DNA from: Lama glama
Taxonomy: Eukaryota
Direction: 5' to 3'
DNA length: 64,000 nt
Assembly: GCA_028534125.1 (NCBI GenBank)
Contig: CM052839.1
Span: forward strand, 6,510,001-6,574,000
Each line of letters starts with the position of its first letter. Positions within the stretch are counted from its first letter, which is position 1. The notes below the pieces were generated by a model. It saw nothing but the letters and a program-made list of their open reading frames with translations. It was not told where the DNA came from and did no database searches. The translations under genes and the position numbers were made by a program. Below, piece by piece: positions 24,001 through 36,000 of the stretch.

Positions 24001-27000
24001 AACTAAAAATTCATTGCTGAGTGTTGCTTTTCTCAGTGGACACAGCTAGGAAATACATGTTTGTATATAAGTAATAGATACATATGTGTGTACATAGGCA
24101 CATTGACACCTATATTTATTTTTGTATCTCTAACACTGAAAGCTCTGAGTTTACACCGATACTTCTAATTCTGTTCAGCACTATGGCGTCATTCCAGTTT
24201 TCTGTATTTGTAACTCCCTTCTCTGATTGTGAGAAACCTAGCTTCCATCATGCTTAATGTATTTACTTATTTAAACAATCCTGCTCCAAATAACCAGCCT
24301 CCCACCTCCCCAGCCCTTGCCTGGATACCCTCCTTGCCCTCTTGGTACTTTCATTCCATGGTCATTTCATTCCATTCCTGTCCTTTGTGCGAGATACCTT
24401 TCTCCCTGCTTAGTAACCCTGACTCCAATACCTCACTCTGGACCACCATGTGCCCCACCCACCCACATGCCTACCCAAGCACACAGGAGTGCCGGCCTTA
24501 TACAGCCCTACTTTCTGGACTGAATTTTCAGGAAGTGGAAGAGGATGAGCTTTCTGCCTTAATTTTTGTGAAGCTATGAAAGTTGTTGAAGAACAGATAT
24601 ATTTAAAGTTTATATCCCTAAACAGTTGTAATAGTTAATGGTCTCTTCACTCTTAACTTTTAAATATCAGTGATCTAGAACTATTCTGAAGTTTAAAAAT
24701 TACTTTAAAAAAAGATCAAGGGGGAAAAATAAAGAAAAAATGGTATGAAACAAAAGTGGAAATATATTCAGTAAGTCCTTGCAGGCCACTCACATGTATG
24801 AGACCTCGCTGATCAACTGCACATTAGTGTAGCTACCCTGCTGACGCAGCTCACATAGAACAGAGGGGACGTGAAGTGCGAGCAGACTGGAGCTGACACT
24901 GTGTTAGCCTTGCTGTTTTTTTTCCATTTTGCAATGTAGAAGTAACATAGTTTCAGGGATTCTCACTACTGTTGTCATAAAATGTCAGCTGTAGAATTTT
25001 GTGTTACTTTTTGCATACCTTCAAGTTGTCCCTGGTGCATTCATTGCCTAGCACAGTTGTTGGCACAGAGTGGGAGTTGGCAATTTTTTGTTGCATGAGT
25101 TTATTAGATGAGGAGGTAAAGCTATTGTAAGAGGAGATGAGAAGAGAGAAACATTAAGGCAGAAAGACCAAGAAACACAGGCAGGAATAAAGAAAGTGAT
25201 GGGTACCGATATGTTTAGGAGGAAATAAAATTCATCAGGCATCTTTAGATACCATAGATCTGAAAATTGAACATATACGATCTCACTTTTTTTATTGTGT
25301 CACAAACTGGTCTGCTGCTGGGGTCAAGTTTTCTAAGAATTCAGGGGTTTTCAGTAGAATATATATGTCTTTTGCTCATACTACTTAAAATGAATACTTG
25401 ATTCCAGAGGGTTGAATAGTCTTTTACAGAAGGAAGTGGAACTCTTAAAGAAAAAAAGAAAAGAAAGAACCCACGCTAAACTATATGGCACCAGGACTCC
25501 TGGGGAAAAGAGGCTGGTTTATATTGTGTACCAGGTTCTCTGTAGAAACCACTATCTGTTTCTTGATAAGGAAGTAATCAAAACAAGCTTCTGGGTTTTG
25601 TCTAGAATTATATTATTAAATTTATTTTTTGCCCAGGTTTGTTCTGATTTTACATTTGACACTTCTAGGAAGGCACTGCAGCACATGCCTCCACTCTCCC
25701 TCTCACCAGGATCGACAGATTTCTCCACCTTCCTGTCTCCCAACGTTCTGGAAGAAGTGGACAGCTTCCTCATAAGGATAACAAGGTAAAATCAAGGTTG
25801 CTGGGGAGGAGGCGGTTGGTTGGGGGGGCATATGTGCTTGCTAAGCCGCTTTTTTTTTTTAATCTTTTAAAGGTCACTAAAAATGGTTCATTTTTAGCAA
25901 CTGAAGAGAAAATGAAATAATGGTTCCTCCATGTAAACTCTGTTATTTAGCAGTGTCACCCGACCTCGGGGATTGCGGGCGAGGGTGGAGTAGTCCTCTG
26001 ATTCAGCTCCAACAGAGATCTCAGAGTCCAAAACATGAAGCCTCTCAGTTCACTCATGGCCCCAGCCCAGCATAACTCTGACAAGCCTGATTGTCCACAG
26101 ACCTAGGAAGGGACACCCTGGTAGCTTGATAGAGGGGTCGCTTCATGTGGGGACAGTCAGGTCTGTCGCAGTGAGCCCTGAAGATATTACCATGTTAGAG
26201 TACAAACCAGGCCCTGAGCCATCTGGACAGCTTTAAAAGTTTCAGTGTAACGTGATTACAAAGGCAGATATGTGTGACGTGGAGTACATCTAACATACAC
26301 TATTGTGCTTGAAGGAATAAACCCTTCACTCTCTGGCCAAACCACATCATCAAGGCCTCTTCATAGCAGAGGCTTATTGCAGAAGCTTATCTGTTCTTGG
26401 TTTATAAAGTTTGACTTGTTAAAATTGTTAGCATTATTTAATCTTATAGATTAAGGGTACAGAAGTGAGGCTTTAATTTCCTGGTCCTCTGAGTTGATCT
26501 AGTTTTTCTTGAGATTATCTTAAGGATTTTGAAAAAATATTTCTGGGCCGAGTAGGGGTATAGCTCAGTGGTAGAGCGCATACTTAGCATGCACAGGTCC
26601 TGCATTCAATCCCTAGTACCTCCATTAAAAAAAAAAGAAAGAAGAAGTATTTCTGGTAAGCATAGAAGGCATATGGCAGGTTGATTTCACGTATAGTGAT
26701 CAGTTCATGGAGCTTGAGCTACCTGTATTTTCTCATGGTTTTTGCTCTTTGTTTATAGCTGCTCTTCTACTCCTGAGGTGGAGCTGACCCTCCTGGCTTT
26801 TGCACTAGCAAGAGGCAGTGTTGCCAAAGTGCTGAGCTCTCTGTGTACGGTCACTGGCCACCTAGACACACACTATGATGCCTCATCCCTCATCTCATCC
26901 ATGGCATCGGTCAGGCAGAACCTGCTCCTTAAATACGGTAAATGACCTTGGCATGATGGGCATGTCACAAAACCATCATCACTGTTAGATCTTCTGGCAT

Positions 27001-30000
27001 CTTCTTATCTTTTTGTGTACTTTGTGGACTGGGTTGTTGTAGTTTTACCATGATTCCTGGATGAACATATCTCCTTTGACTGAGGTTGGTAGGGAAAAGG
27101 GAGATGCTGGTTCATTTATGGCAGCATTAGCAGAAGAGGACCTGAGTGGCCACTAATGGCCTAATCACTTAGGCTTGGTGGGCATTTGAACACAGCCATC
27201 TTTGGTAAAGTACAGAAGTGTCTCATGGTGTAGGCCAAGGGGTTGGAAAGTTGGAGTACCTCTCATCTAGAGGAGGAAGGGAACTACCCCAGACACGGTG
27301 CAAAGGATGCTTGTCTTAGAGGGCATCCCCTGCATCCTCGTGATGGCTGTTAGCTGCTTGGAAGGACATACTTGGACGTACATACATGCCCGCCACCAAT
27401 TTTCCCCTCGGGCCCAACAGCAGTCCATCCTAGTACTTTTCTTCTGACCCAGAATGAGGCTCCTAATCCTCAACACAAGAGTCTGTGTGGCTGCTCTGAT
27501 GACTGCACTTGACACGTGCCATCCTGCTTGTAACGCTGAAGCCTCTGTCCACAAAGCACAGCATTGATGCCGTCCCCTCCGGTAACAGAGGCAGTACTGT
27601 GATGTCTCCTCATGATATTTGTACCTTTGCCTTAATAATATGACTCAGTAATTATGTTTAATTTTTAAAGTTGGACAATTGATGCCTTGTAAATCCAGCC
27701 CTCTTTCCCCCCATTAATTTTGGCAAGGTCATTTTTTGGAGGAGAGTAGGGGGCCTGTAGCAGGCATGGCTGGATAGGAGGGTTGCATAGTGTCTGGCAG
27801 ATATTCGCCAGAAAGGTCTTAATTCCGTCTAGCGTTACTGGGGCAGGGAGCACAGGGGAGGGGAGGGGTGCACAGGGGGACTGTTCATTACTGATAATGT
27901 TGAAGCTGTGGCCTGGGTTAATAGGGTTATAGAGTTTTCATTGTATTATTAAAACAAACAAACAAACAAAAGAAAAGAACAGTTTTCAGATCATTAGAGC
28001 AAAAATTGAGTTTTATAATTTTGAAAACTGTCAGAATTTGCCTGGAGAGTTTTAAAGAAACAAGACCCAAACCCCTAAGACACTACTTATATATTTAAAT
28101 GCAGTTACAATGAAATTAATTATTGGCTCCAAAGTAATGTCTTAGGAACCCCTTCTACACACACACAAATATGCTGAGTCTGTACTGTTAATCTGTGTCT
28201 TATAATCTGCTTTGTTTCTAAAGAATGGTTATTCTAGAGTGATTCTCCTTGGAGTCACTTAGGGACATAAACTGTCTCTTTCAGGAAATCACAAAAGGAT
28301 GGTGTCAACTTCTGTGTCATATTACTTCTCTATTTTAGCTTTTAAATGAGTAAACTTTTAGTCCGCAGTCTGGGTGGCCACAGGCTCTCCATTTCCACTG
28401 ATGTGCACCCTAATTTTCATTTTCTTGTAGTGCTGACTTAAGGCTCTCTCTCTCTCTCTTCATTGATCAGGTAAACCTCTCCAGCTGACTCTTCAGGCCT
28501 GTGATGTCAAAGGAAAAGAAGAAAAGTCAGGACCTGAAAACCTCCTTGTTGAACCATGGACGAGGGACGGTGAGTGGTCGATCTGTCGGTTTCTGGTGAA
28601 CGGAAAGGGCCGCGGTGCTCACTGCGAGCCGTGTGAGATCACACTCTGGTCTTTGAAACTTTCAGGGTATGCAGTCTTCACTGCAGGTGTCCTTCAGTTG
28701 GCTTCAGTGGCTCCTGACACGTTTGTGTGGTTTCTTTACTACAGCATTGTCATTTGCTAGGTGTCAGTTGCCTATAACAACTTAAAAGTTCTTAAGAGCC
28801 TTCAGTTTTGAAAAGCAGGAACTTCTCCTGAATGTAAAAAGTTACCATTTTTAAGTTCAGGTTGTCTTTCTATTGTGTTATCTTAAAATATTGAGAAACT
28901 CGGTGAATCAGTAGCACCATATGCTAAAAACATAGCTGAAAAAGGTGTTTCTCCATGTGGCTGGTCTGACTTTGGAAGTGTTCGGAAGGAAGCCTCACTC
29001 CTTCCCTGGCGTCCGTGTGGTGACTGCTGATGCGCTGTCCAGCGCCGAGGCTCTTTTCCTCATCCAGCGGGGGTGTTTGTGAGTCTCTTTCTCACCCATC
29101 ATGTTGGCCAGTTAGTCTCCTGCGTACGTCCCCTTTCTACTCACTCTACTGCTTTGAATATTGCCAGTTCAGTAAAGGATGTGGAATGTTCCAGCAGTTA
29201 TCAAACATTGCAAAAACTGGCCTTACTGCTTTCAACTTGGTTTCCCCTTGTCTTTCCTCACAGCAGAACAGACTTCATGTATGCCCAAGGGTCGCCTCCT
29301 CTCTGTCCTGTTTCTTGCGGTCATTCTCAGCACCAGTGGAGTAAAGGCCTCTGGGAAAACGTGCTTTCCCTGGCCACACCTCCTCTCCTGGTGTGCTGAA
29401 CAGACACCCAGCATTCTTCTTCTGCCCATTTCAAAGACTTTCACAATCTTTCCTGCCAGAGTATTCTAGAAGCTAAATAAATCCTTGCTCAGCCTTTAAG
29501 CCTGCTTGCCTCTAACAGTCATGGTTTTAGGAATGGTTCAGAAAGATGATTGATTGTCCAGTCTTCTGTCTCTTTGAATTAAAGTCTTTATCAACTTTTT
29601 TATTTCTTTACTGTTACCTCAGAGCAGGGCTGCCTGTACAGTCAAAAAGATTGTGCTCTGAGAAAGTTACATGTGGCCCATGATCTGTCACATAGGGGTT
29701 TATCACTGGGGTGGCATCTGTCCAGAGGGGAAATCTTTTTCTAATTTTCGTGAGAGTACCCTGCCTCAAAGGACATGGTTTGGTTTTGCTGCTCTTAGTT
29801 CTTAGAGCTATTACAAATCCACCAGTCATCCTAACTTTAGTTTTTCCTTTTTGTAGGTTTTCTTACAGAGACTGGAAAAACCAGAGCGAGTACTATTTTT
29901 TCTACAGGAACTGAATCTGCCTTCCAAGTTACACAGATCAGAATTATGGTAATTCTCATGCTGCCTTCTTTTAGAAATGTTACTACTGTCTGTAAAAGTA

Positions 30001-33000
30001 GGATTGCGTTTCAGAAGTCCATGTCACTGGTTTTTCATCGAACATGTAGTGGTTATTAATTCTGTGGCAGACCTATAGCAGAGGCCGGGGCACAAAGATG
30101 ACTTGACTGGTAAGTCTGTGAATGGTGTGAGTATGAGGATCAAGAAAGAGAAGGAATCATTTCTTGAGAAGCCTCTTTTTACTTTTCCAGGACCTGATGT
30201 ATTTGAAATTGCGTTTTGTCCATTTGATTTTGCATTAAGCTATTTGAATTTGACCATAATATTTGGGGACAAAATGGCCACAGAACTTTGGCCCTGCTGA
30301 TGTACTTTATTTAGCTCTCTGTTTCCAGGTTCGACGTGGTGGCATTGGTGCCCAGTGCGGGTTGGTGTTTGCCTATAACTCATCTTCTGATAAATTTCAT
30401 GCAGAGGAACACTTTAAAAGGTTTGAAAAATATGACAAATGGAAGCTTCAGGAATACAGGCAATTTGTAAAAAGCAGGTAAGGAGCAGAATAAAAATCTC
30501 GGTAGTTAACAAGAGTGTATACATTTTCTTGTTGGTGAAATATATTTCCTTATTTTTATAGGAAAGTTGCTACTAACCCATCTTCAGTGGCCATGAGCAT
30601 TCATTGCTTTCTGGCAGCACATGTGAAAATGTATATTTTAACTTGTTCATAGACTCTTACTTGGTCCCTTCGGTGACTAGGTGTGCACATCTTCAAAATG
30701 GCTGGGTAGTGACACACGCCTGAACTGTGGGCAGCCTGAGGTCTTTACTCTTACCTAGCCACTGGAAAATTTACCCGGGCTCCAACTTCCCTCCTCCTGT
30801 TTTTATGCTTTTATTGAAAATGTTTATTAAACACCTACTATGTTCAAGGCCTGATGCTAGACACTGAAGATACCATAATGAGCAAATTGGCACAGTCCCT
30901 GCTCTGTAGAGCCTACTATTTAGCTCGAAGACAAATGCTAACGCCTGCAGTGTCACAGTGCTGTAAGTGCTAGGTAGGAGAGAGAAGTTACCCTGGGAGC
31001 ACATGGCAGAGCACCTGACCTGATCAGGGAAGGCTTCCTGGAGGAAGTGTTGAATATGAATGGGTTAAAGTTAATCAGCCACTTGCAGAAGTAGAAAGAG
31101 AGTGTCCTGAGCAAAGAGAAGAGCAGAGTTGAGAACTTACAGATGGATTCTGGCAGACTCAAGGAACTGACCAGCCCTACGTTGCTGAGGTGTGCTGTAG
31201 GGGGAGAGTGGGGAGAGGAGACGCTGGAGAGCTAGGAGACGTCAGGTTATTGAAGGCCTTTTTGTCTCCGTTTCAGGGTTTGGACTTTATCCTGAAGGTG
31301 GAGGGGGGGCAGGGGAGAGGAGTTGGGGGCAGTGTGTTGTTGAGGAGTTTGAAGAAGAGGAGGAGATCGCATCTCCCCTGCCATGTGAGGCGTGGATTGG
31401 AGGAGAGTGAGCAGGGAGGCAGGATGAGATGGGTAGAGGCTGTCACTGTCACCTAGGGAGCCAGAGTGTGGGTGCCCGCAACTCGAGCAGCAGCAGCTGC
31501 CATGGGAAGATGTGGACCCATGTGAGAGACAACAAGAAAGTAGAAGCAGCAGGGCCTGGGGAGTGACTGGATGTAGAGCAGGAGAGGAAAGAAAGCCTGG
31601 GTGTCAGTGAGTCCTGGGTTTTGGCTTGACAGGGGGAACATTGGTAGTGCCTTTTTCTGAGATTGATAATACTCAGAGAAAACAGGTTTGTGGGAGGATG
31701 ATGAGCTCAGTTTTGGTCTTGTTGGCTTTGAGGTTCCAGGAAGCCTCTGAGATAACTGAACTAGTTGGATCAACAGGTCAGGAGCCTCGAGGAGACATCC
31801 TGAAGGCACAGATAAGAGAGACATTTCAATGATAGTTTAAAATGAATTAGAAGAGATCCTCCTGGAGGAGTATGTGAGCTAGGAAGAGCAGAGACCTTAG
31901 GTCAACATGCTGAGAGGCACTGGCATTTAAGGGGCGACAGAGAAAAGGAGACTGAGAAAAACAGCCAGAGAAGCAGCAGGAAAGCCAGGGATGTGTCCTC
32001 ATAAAGCCAGAGAAAATCGTGTGTAAAGAAGTAGGGAGTGGGTGGTGGTGTCACGTGTCACGCGGGAATGGGTAACTGTAGAAGTGGGCCTGTTGGATTT
32101 AGCCACAGAGGTCATTGGTGATGCCCCCTTATTACTAGTAGCAAGGTAGAACTCATGGAGCCGAGCCTGGCACTTGCTCTTTTTGCTCCTGTACTTCGCA
32201 GGTAATGAGGTGTTGGAGTTTTCACTACTGCCTGCTACTATACTATTAGGCTTTAGTGTGCTAACGAACCACCAAGGATTATGTTCAAATGCACATTCTG
32301 ATTCAGCAATTCTGGGTGGGGCCCGAGACCTTCATTTCTTTTTCTTTTTTTTTTTTNNNNNNNNNNNNNNNNNNNNNNNNNNNNNNNNNNNNNNNNNNNN
32401 NNNNNNNNNNNNNNNNNNNNNNNNNNNNNNNNNNNNNNNNNNNNNNNNNNNNNNNNNNNNNNNNNNNNNNNNNNNNNNNNNNNNNNNNNNNNNNNNNNNN
32501 NNNNNNNNNNNNNNNNNNNNNNNNNNNNNNNNNNNNNNNNNNNNNNNNNNNNNNNNNNNNNNNNNNNNNNNNNNNNNNNNNNNNNNNNNNNNNNNNNNNN
32601 NNNNNNNNNNNNNNNNNNNNNNNNNNNNNNNNNNNNNNNNNNNNNNNNNNNNNNNNNNNNNNNNNNNNNNNNNNNNNNNNNNNNNNNNNNNNNNNNNNNN
32701 NNNNNNNNNNNNNNNNNNNNNNNNNNNNNNNNNNNNNNNNNNNNNNNNNNNNNNNNNNNNNNNNNNNNNNNNNNNNNNNNNNNNNNNNNNNNNNNNNNNN
32801 NNNNNNNNNNNNNNNNNNNNNNNNNNNNNNNNNNNNNNNNNNNNNNNNNNNNNNNNATCATTTTACAATGTTGTGTCAAATTCCAGTGTTCAGCACAATT
32901 TTTCAGTCATTCATGGACATATACACACTCATTGTCACATTTTTTTCTCTGTGATTTATCATAACATTTTGTGTATATTTCCCTGTGCTATACAGTGTAA

Positions 33001-36000
33001 TCTTGTTTATCTATTCTACAATTTTGAAATCCCAGTCTATCCCTTCCCACCCTCCGAGACCTTCATTTCTAACAAACTCCTGGGTGACTCTGATGCTCCC
33101 TGTCCGCGCTTCAGGTAGCAAGGATCTAGAATAAGGTCCTCTCTCGGCTGGACTTCCTTTGGTGGCATCCCTGACAAAGGGTCATACAGCCTCTCTCGAA
33201 TATCCTTATTAGAATATTAGAATATGTTCAATTGAAACTAATTGAAATTTGTAATTTCAGCTCAGCGGTCTTAATTCCAGCCCTCTAAATGAGTTGGAAC
33301 ATCTCTCTCTCTCATCATACATACATACTTTTTAAAAGATACTTTTCTTTTAAAATGGTAACTAGAGATTACACTTGTTTTTAAGTATCTGTCTTTCCCA
33401 CTCCTGGGACACTTTAAAATAGGTCTTTTTTCCTAAACCTGCTGTCAAACAAGATCTTTCACATCTTATATAGGATGATTTTTTTTTAAAACCTAAATGC
33501 AGGCTTATTTACTGTTCCCTTGCTGATTTAGTTCCTGGTTTCAGCCTGAACTACTCTGAAATCCTGATTTGTTTGGCCTATAAATTATCAGTCTTTCTCC
33601 AGTTTGTAGATCAATGTTAATAGACATGTGTCTGTCGTCTTGCTCTTGTGTTTCCCTATCCTCTGGTTAGACATTGGTCAGTCAGCAGGCTCAGGACCAG
33701 TTGTTTGGTTGCTGTGCATACTTAAGAGGACTAATAGTGAGCTCTGTTTTCGCCACCCTGCCTGCTGGGTGGTGTGGTGAACAAGGTTGCTTCTTCCTGA
33801 TCTCTGATACCCTGCCAGCTCTCTGTATCTCAGAGACTTCCTTGATGACTCCCAAAGAGTGAATTTAAAAATCCTCAAAAACACAATATTTTTAAACTTT
33901 TTATTTATTTAATTTTTAAAATTGAAGTATAATTGATTTATAATGTGTTAGTTTCTGGTGTACAGCATAGTGATTCAGTTATCCATATACATACATGTTC
34001 TTTTTTTGTATTCTTTTCCATTATGGTTTATTACAGGATATAGAATATAGCTCCCTATGCTATACAGTAGAACCTTGTTGTTTATCTATTTTATATATAG
34101 TAGTTTGTCTCAGCTAGCTGTAAACTCCTAATTTATCCCTCCTCCACCTCCTTTCCCCTTTTGGTAACCATAAGTTTGTTTTCTGTGAGTCTGTGAGTCT
34201 GTTTCTGTTTTGTAAATAAGTTCATTTGCTCAAACACACAATATTGATGAAAGTCATTTACATGGTTCTGACTAAGACAGAATACCAATTGACCCATTAG
34301 TTTCAGGATTAACTAGATCATGAAAGGTTTATGCTAAGAAAGACTATGGTAAAAAGAGAATAGTTTTTCTCTCTGTTACAGAACCTACTTTGGGTCCTTC
34401 ATCTTTTTCTTCTTGCTGTAAATCCCTGTGTTTGCTTATTTTATCCATACAGAATACTCAAGTGTTGGCTAACTTGTTAGCTGTGTCGCAGACTAAATAG
34501 TTTAAAGTCTTAGGAATGCTGCTTGAAAAGACTGCCATTTTCTCCTCACGCATTTAAGTACCAGTCAAGTATCCAATTTTTAAAAAGAGATGGCACACAG
34601 TTGTGCTTCTTCAGCCTCCGGGCTGAAATGCTTTCCTGGGAGGACTTCTTAAGGAATAGGAAAAAGTACTGAGGCCCATGAAGGCTGAAGTTTTCCTTTT
34701 TTGGAGTTCTGGGATCTGGAAGTTGCCTAGCTCTTACCCTTCAGCTGTTGCAGGTACGGACCTCAGGCCAGTTGTATGTATGTTCGCCAGACGTAGAGAA
34801 AGAAAACTGAACCTGCCTCTCCTTTGGATCTTTCTAGAAGTGCACACCAACTGTTGCATTGTACCTTACTCTTAAGTAGCTCATCTAAGATGCTTTGACT
34901 ACATATCTCATTCTTCACATAAGCTGGTTATCTGGAGAAGCAGACTTCCTCCTTAGTTCCCAGATTATATTTGGGACTAATAATCATTCCCATTTCACAG
35001 ATGAGGAGGCTGACAAGTGGGGAGGAACTACCAACTACCCCATATGTTCAAAGAGGCACCAGGTGCACACCCTGTCCTCGACGGTTAACTGACAGACCAT
35101 ATAAACAAGTTAAATGCCATTTAGATGGTGCTTTACTCGTTAGACCTTGAGAAGTTTAGAAACAGGAAAATGTTTTTTGATTACCTTTGTGTTTACAGGA
35201 TTGGTTGTTCGTCTGATGACCTTGGAGAGGATGATCCTATTGGCTGGTTTGAGCTGGAAGAAGAGTGGGATGAAGCAGATGTCAAATTGCAACAGTGCAG
35301 AGTTGCCAAAGTAAGCATCAGTGAGTTGTGGCCTTCACGTACTCGCCCACTCCCTCCCTTTGTTCTGTAGGCGTTTATTGGGTGGCTGTTGTGACCCAGC
35401 CTTGTGCCAGCACTGGAACCCTGGAGGGGAACCAGACAGGAACATGACTGTCAAGGAGTTCAGAGTCTCATGGGAGACACAGATATATGAGTCCCTGTGA
35501 TGTGGGCTGTGATAGAGATATCCAGGGGGCTGTTGCAGCCCAGAGGAAAAAATACCTAACCTAGCCTAGAATTCACTAGGGAAGGCGTTTCATAAAGGTG
35601 GTGTGATGCCAAGTGTTGAAAGTTGGTTAAGCCATCGTCTTTAGCCAGGCTCAGAGGTGAGGAGAAGGGCATCTCAGGCTGAGAGAGCAGTAAGTACACA
35701 GGCCTAAATGCGAGAGAGATGTCTTTCCATAGCTATGAAAGAAACAGTCATTATGTGGCTACTTAATTTTTTTAACCTCTGTTGAAAACCATGTAAGAAG
35801 CTTAAATAAGAGAAATAAGACCTACCTTTGGGGTTCAGTAAATATTTAGGCAACTGAGTAGTGGATTCTGGAAGGCCCTCAGAAAGGGAGCTTTCACTGT
35901 AAAGAGCACATGGTGCACATAGAAGTTGGGCTGTGACAATAGCTTTAGATTTGAGCAGATGAGACCATGTCCTGGCTCGCAGCATGTGGGTTGCTTGTAA

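Noticed and set aside
26553-26626. tRNA-like sequence (gggtatagctcagtggtagagcgc...ttcaatccc)
   Set aside because: A-rich tail, TSD and multiple diverged copies show a SINE, not a tRNA gene.
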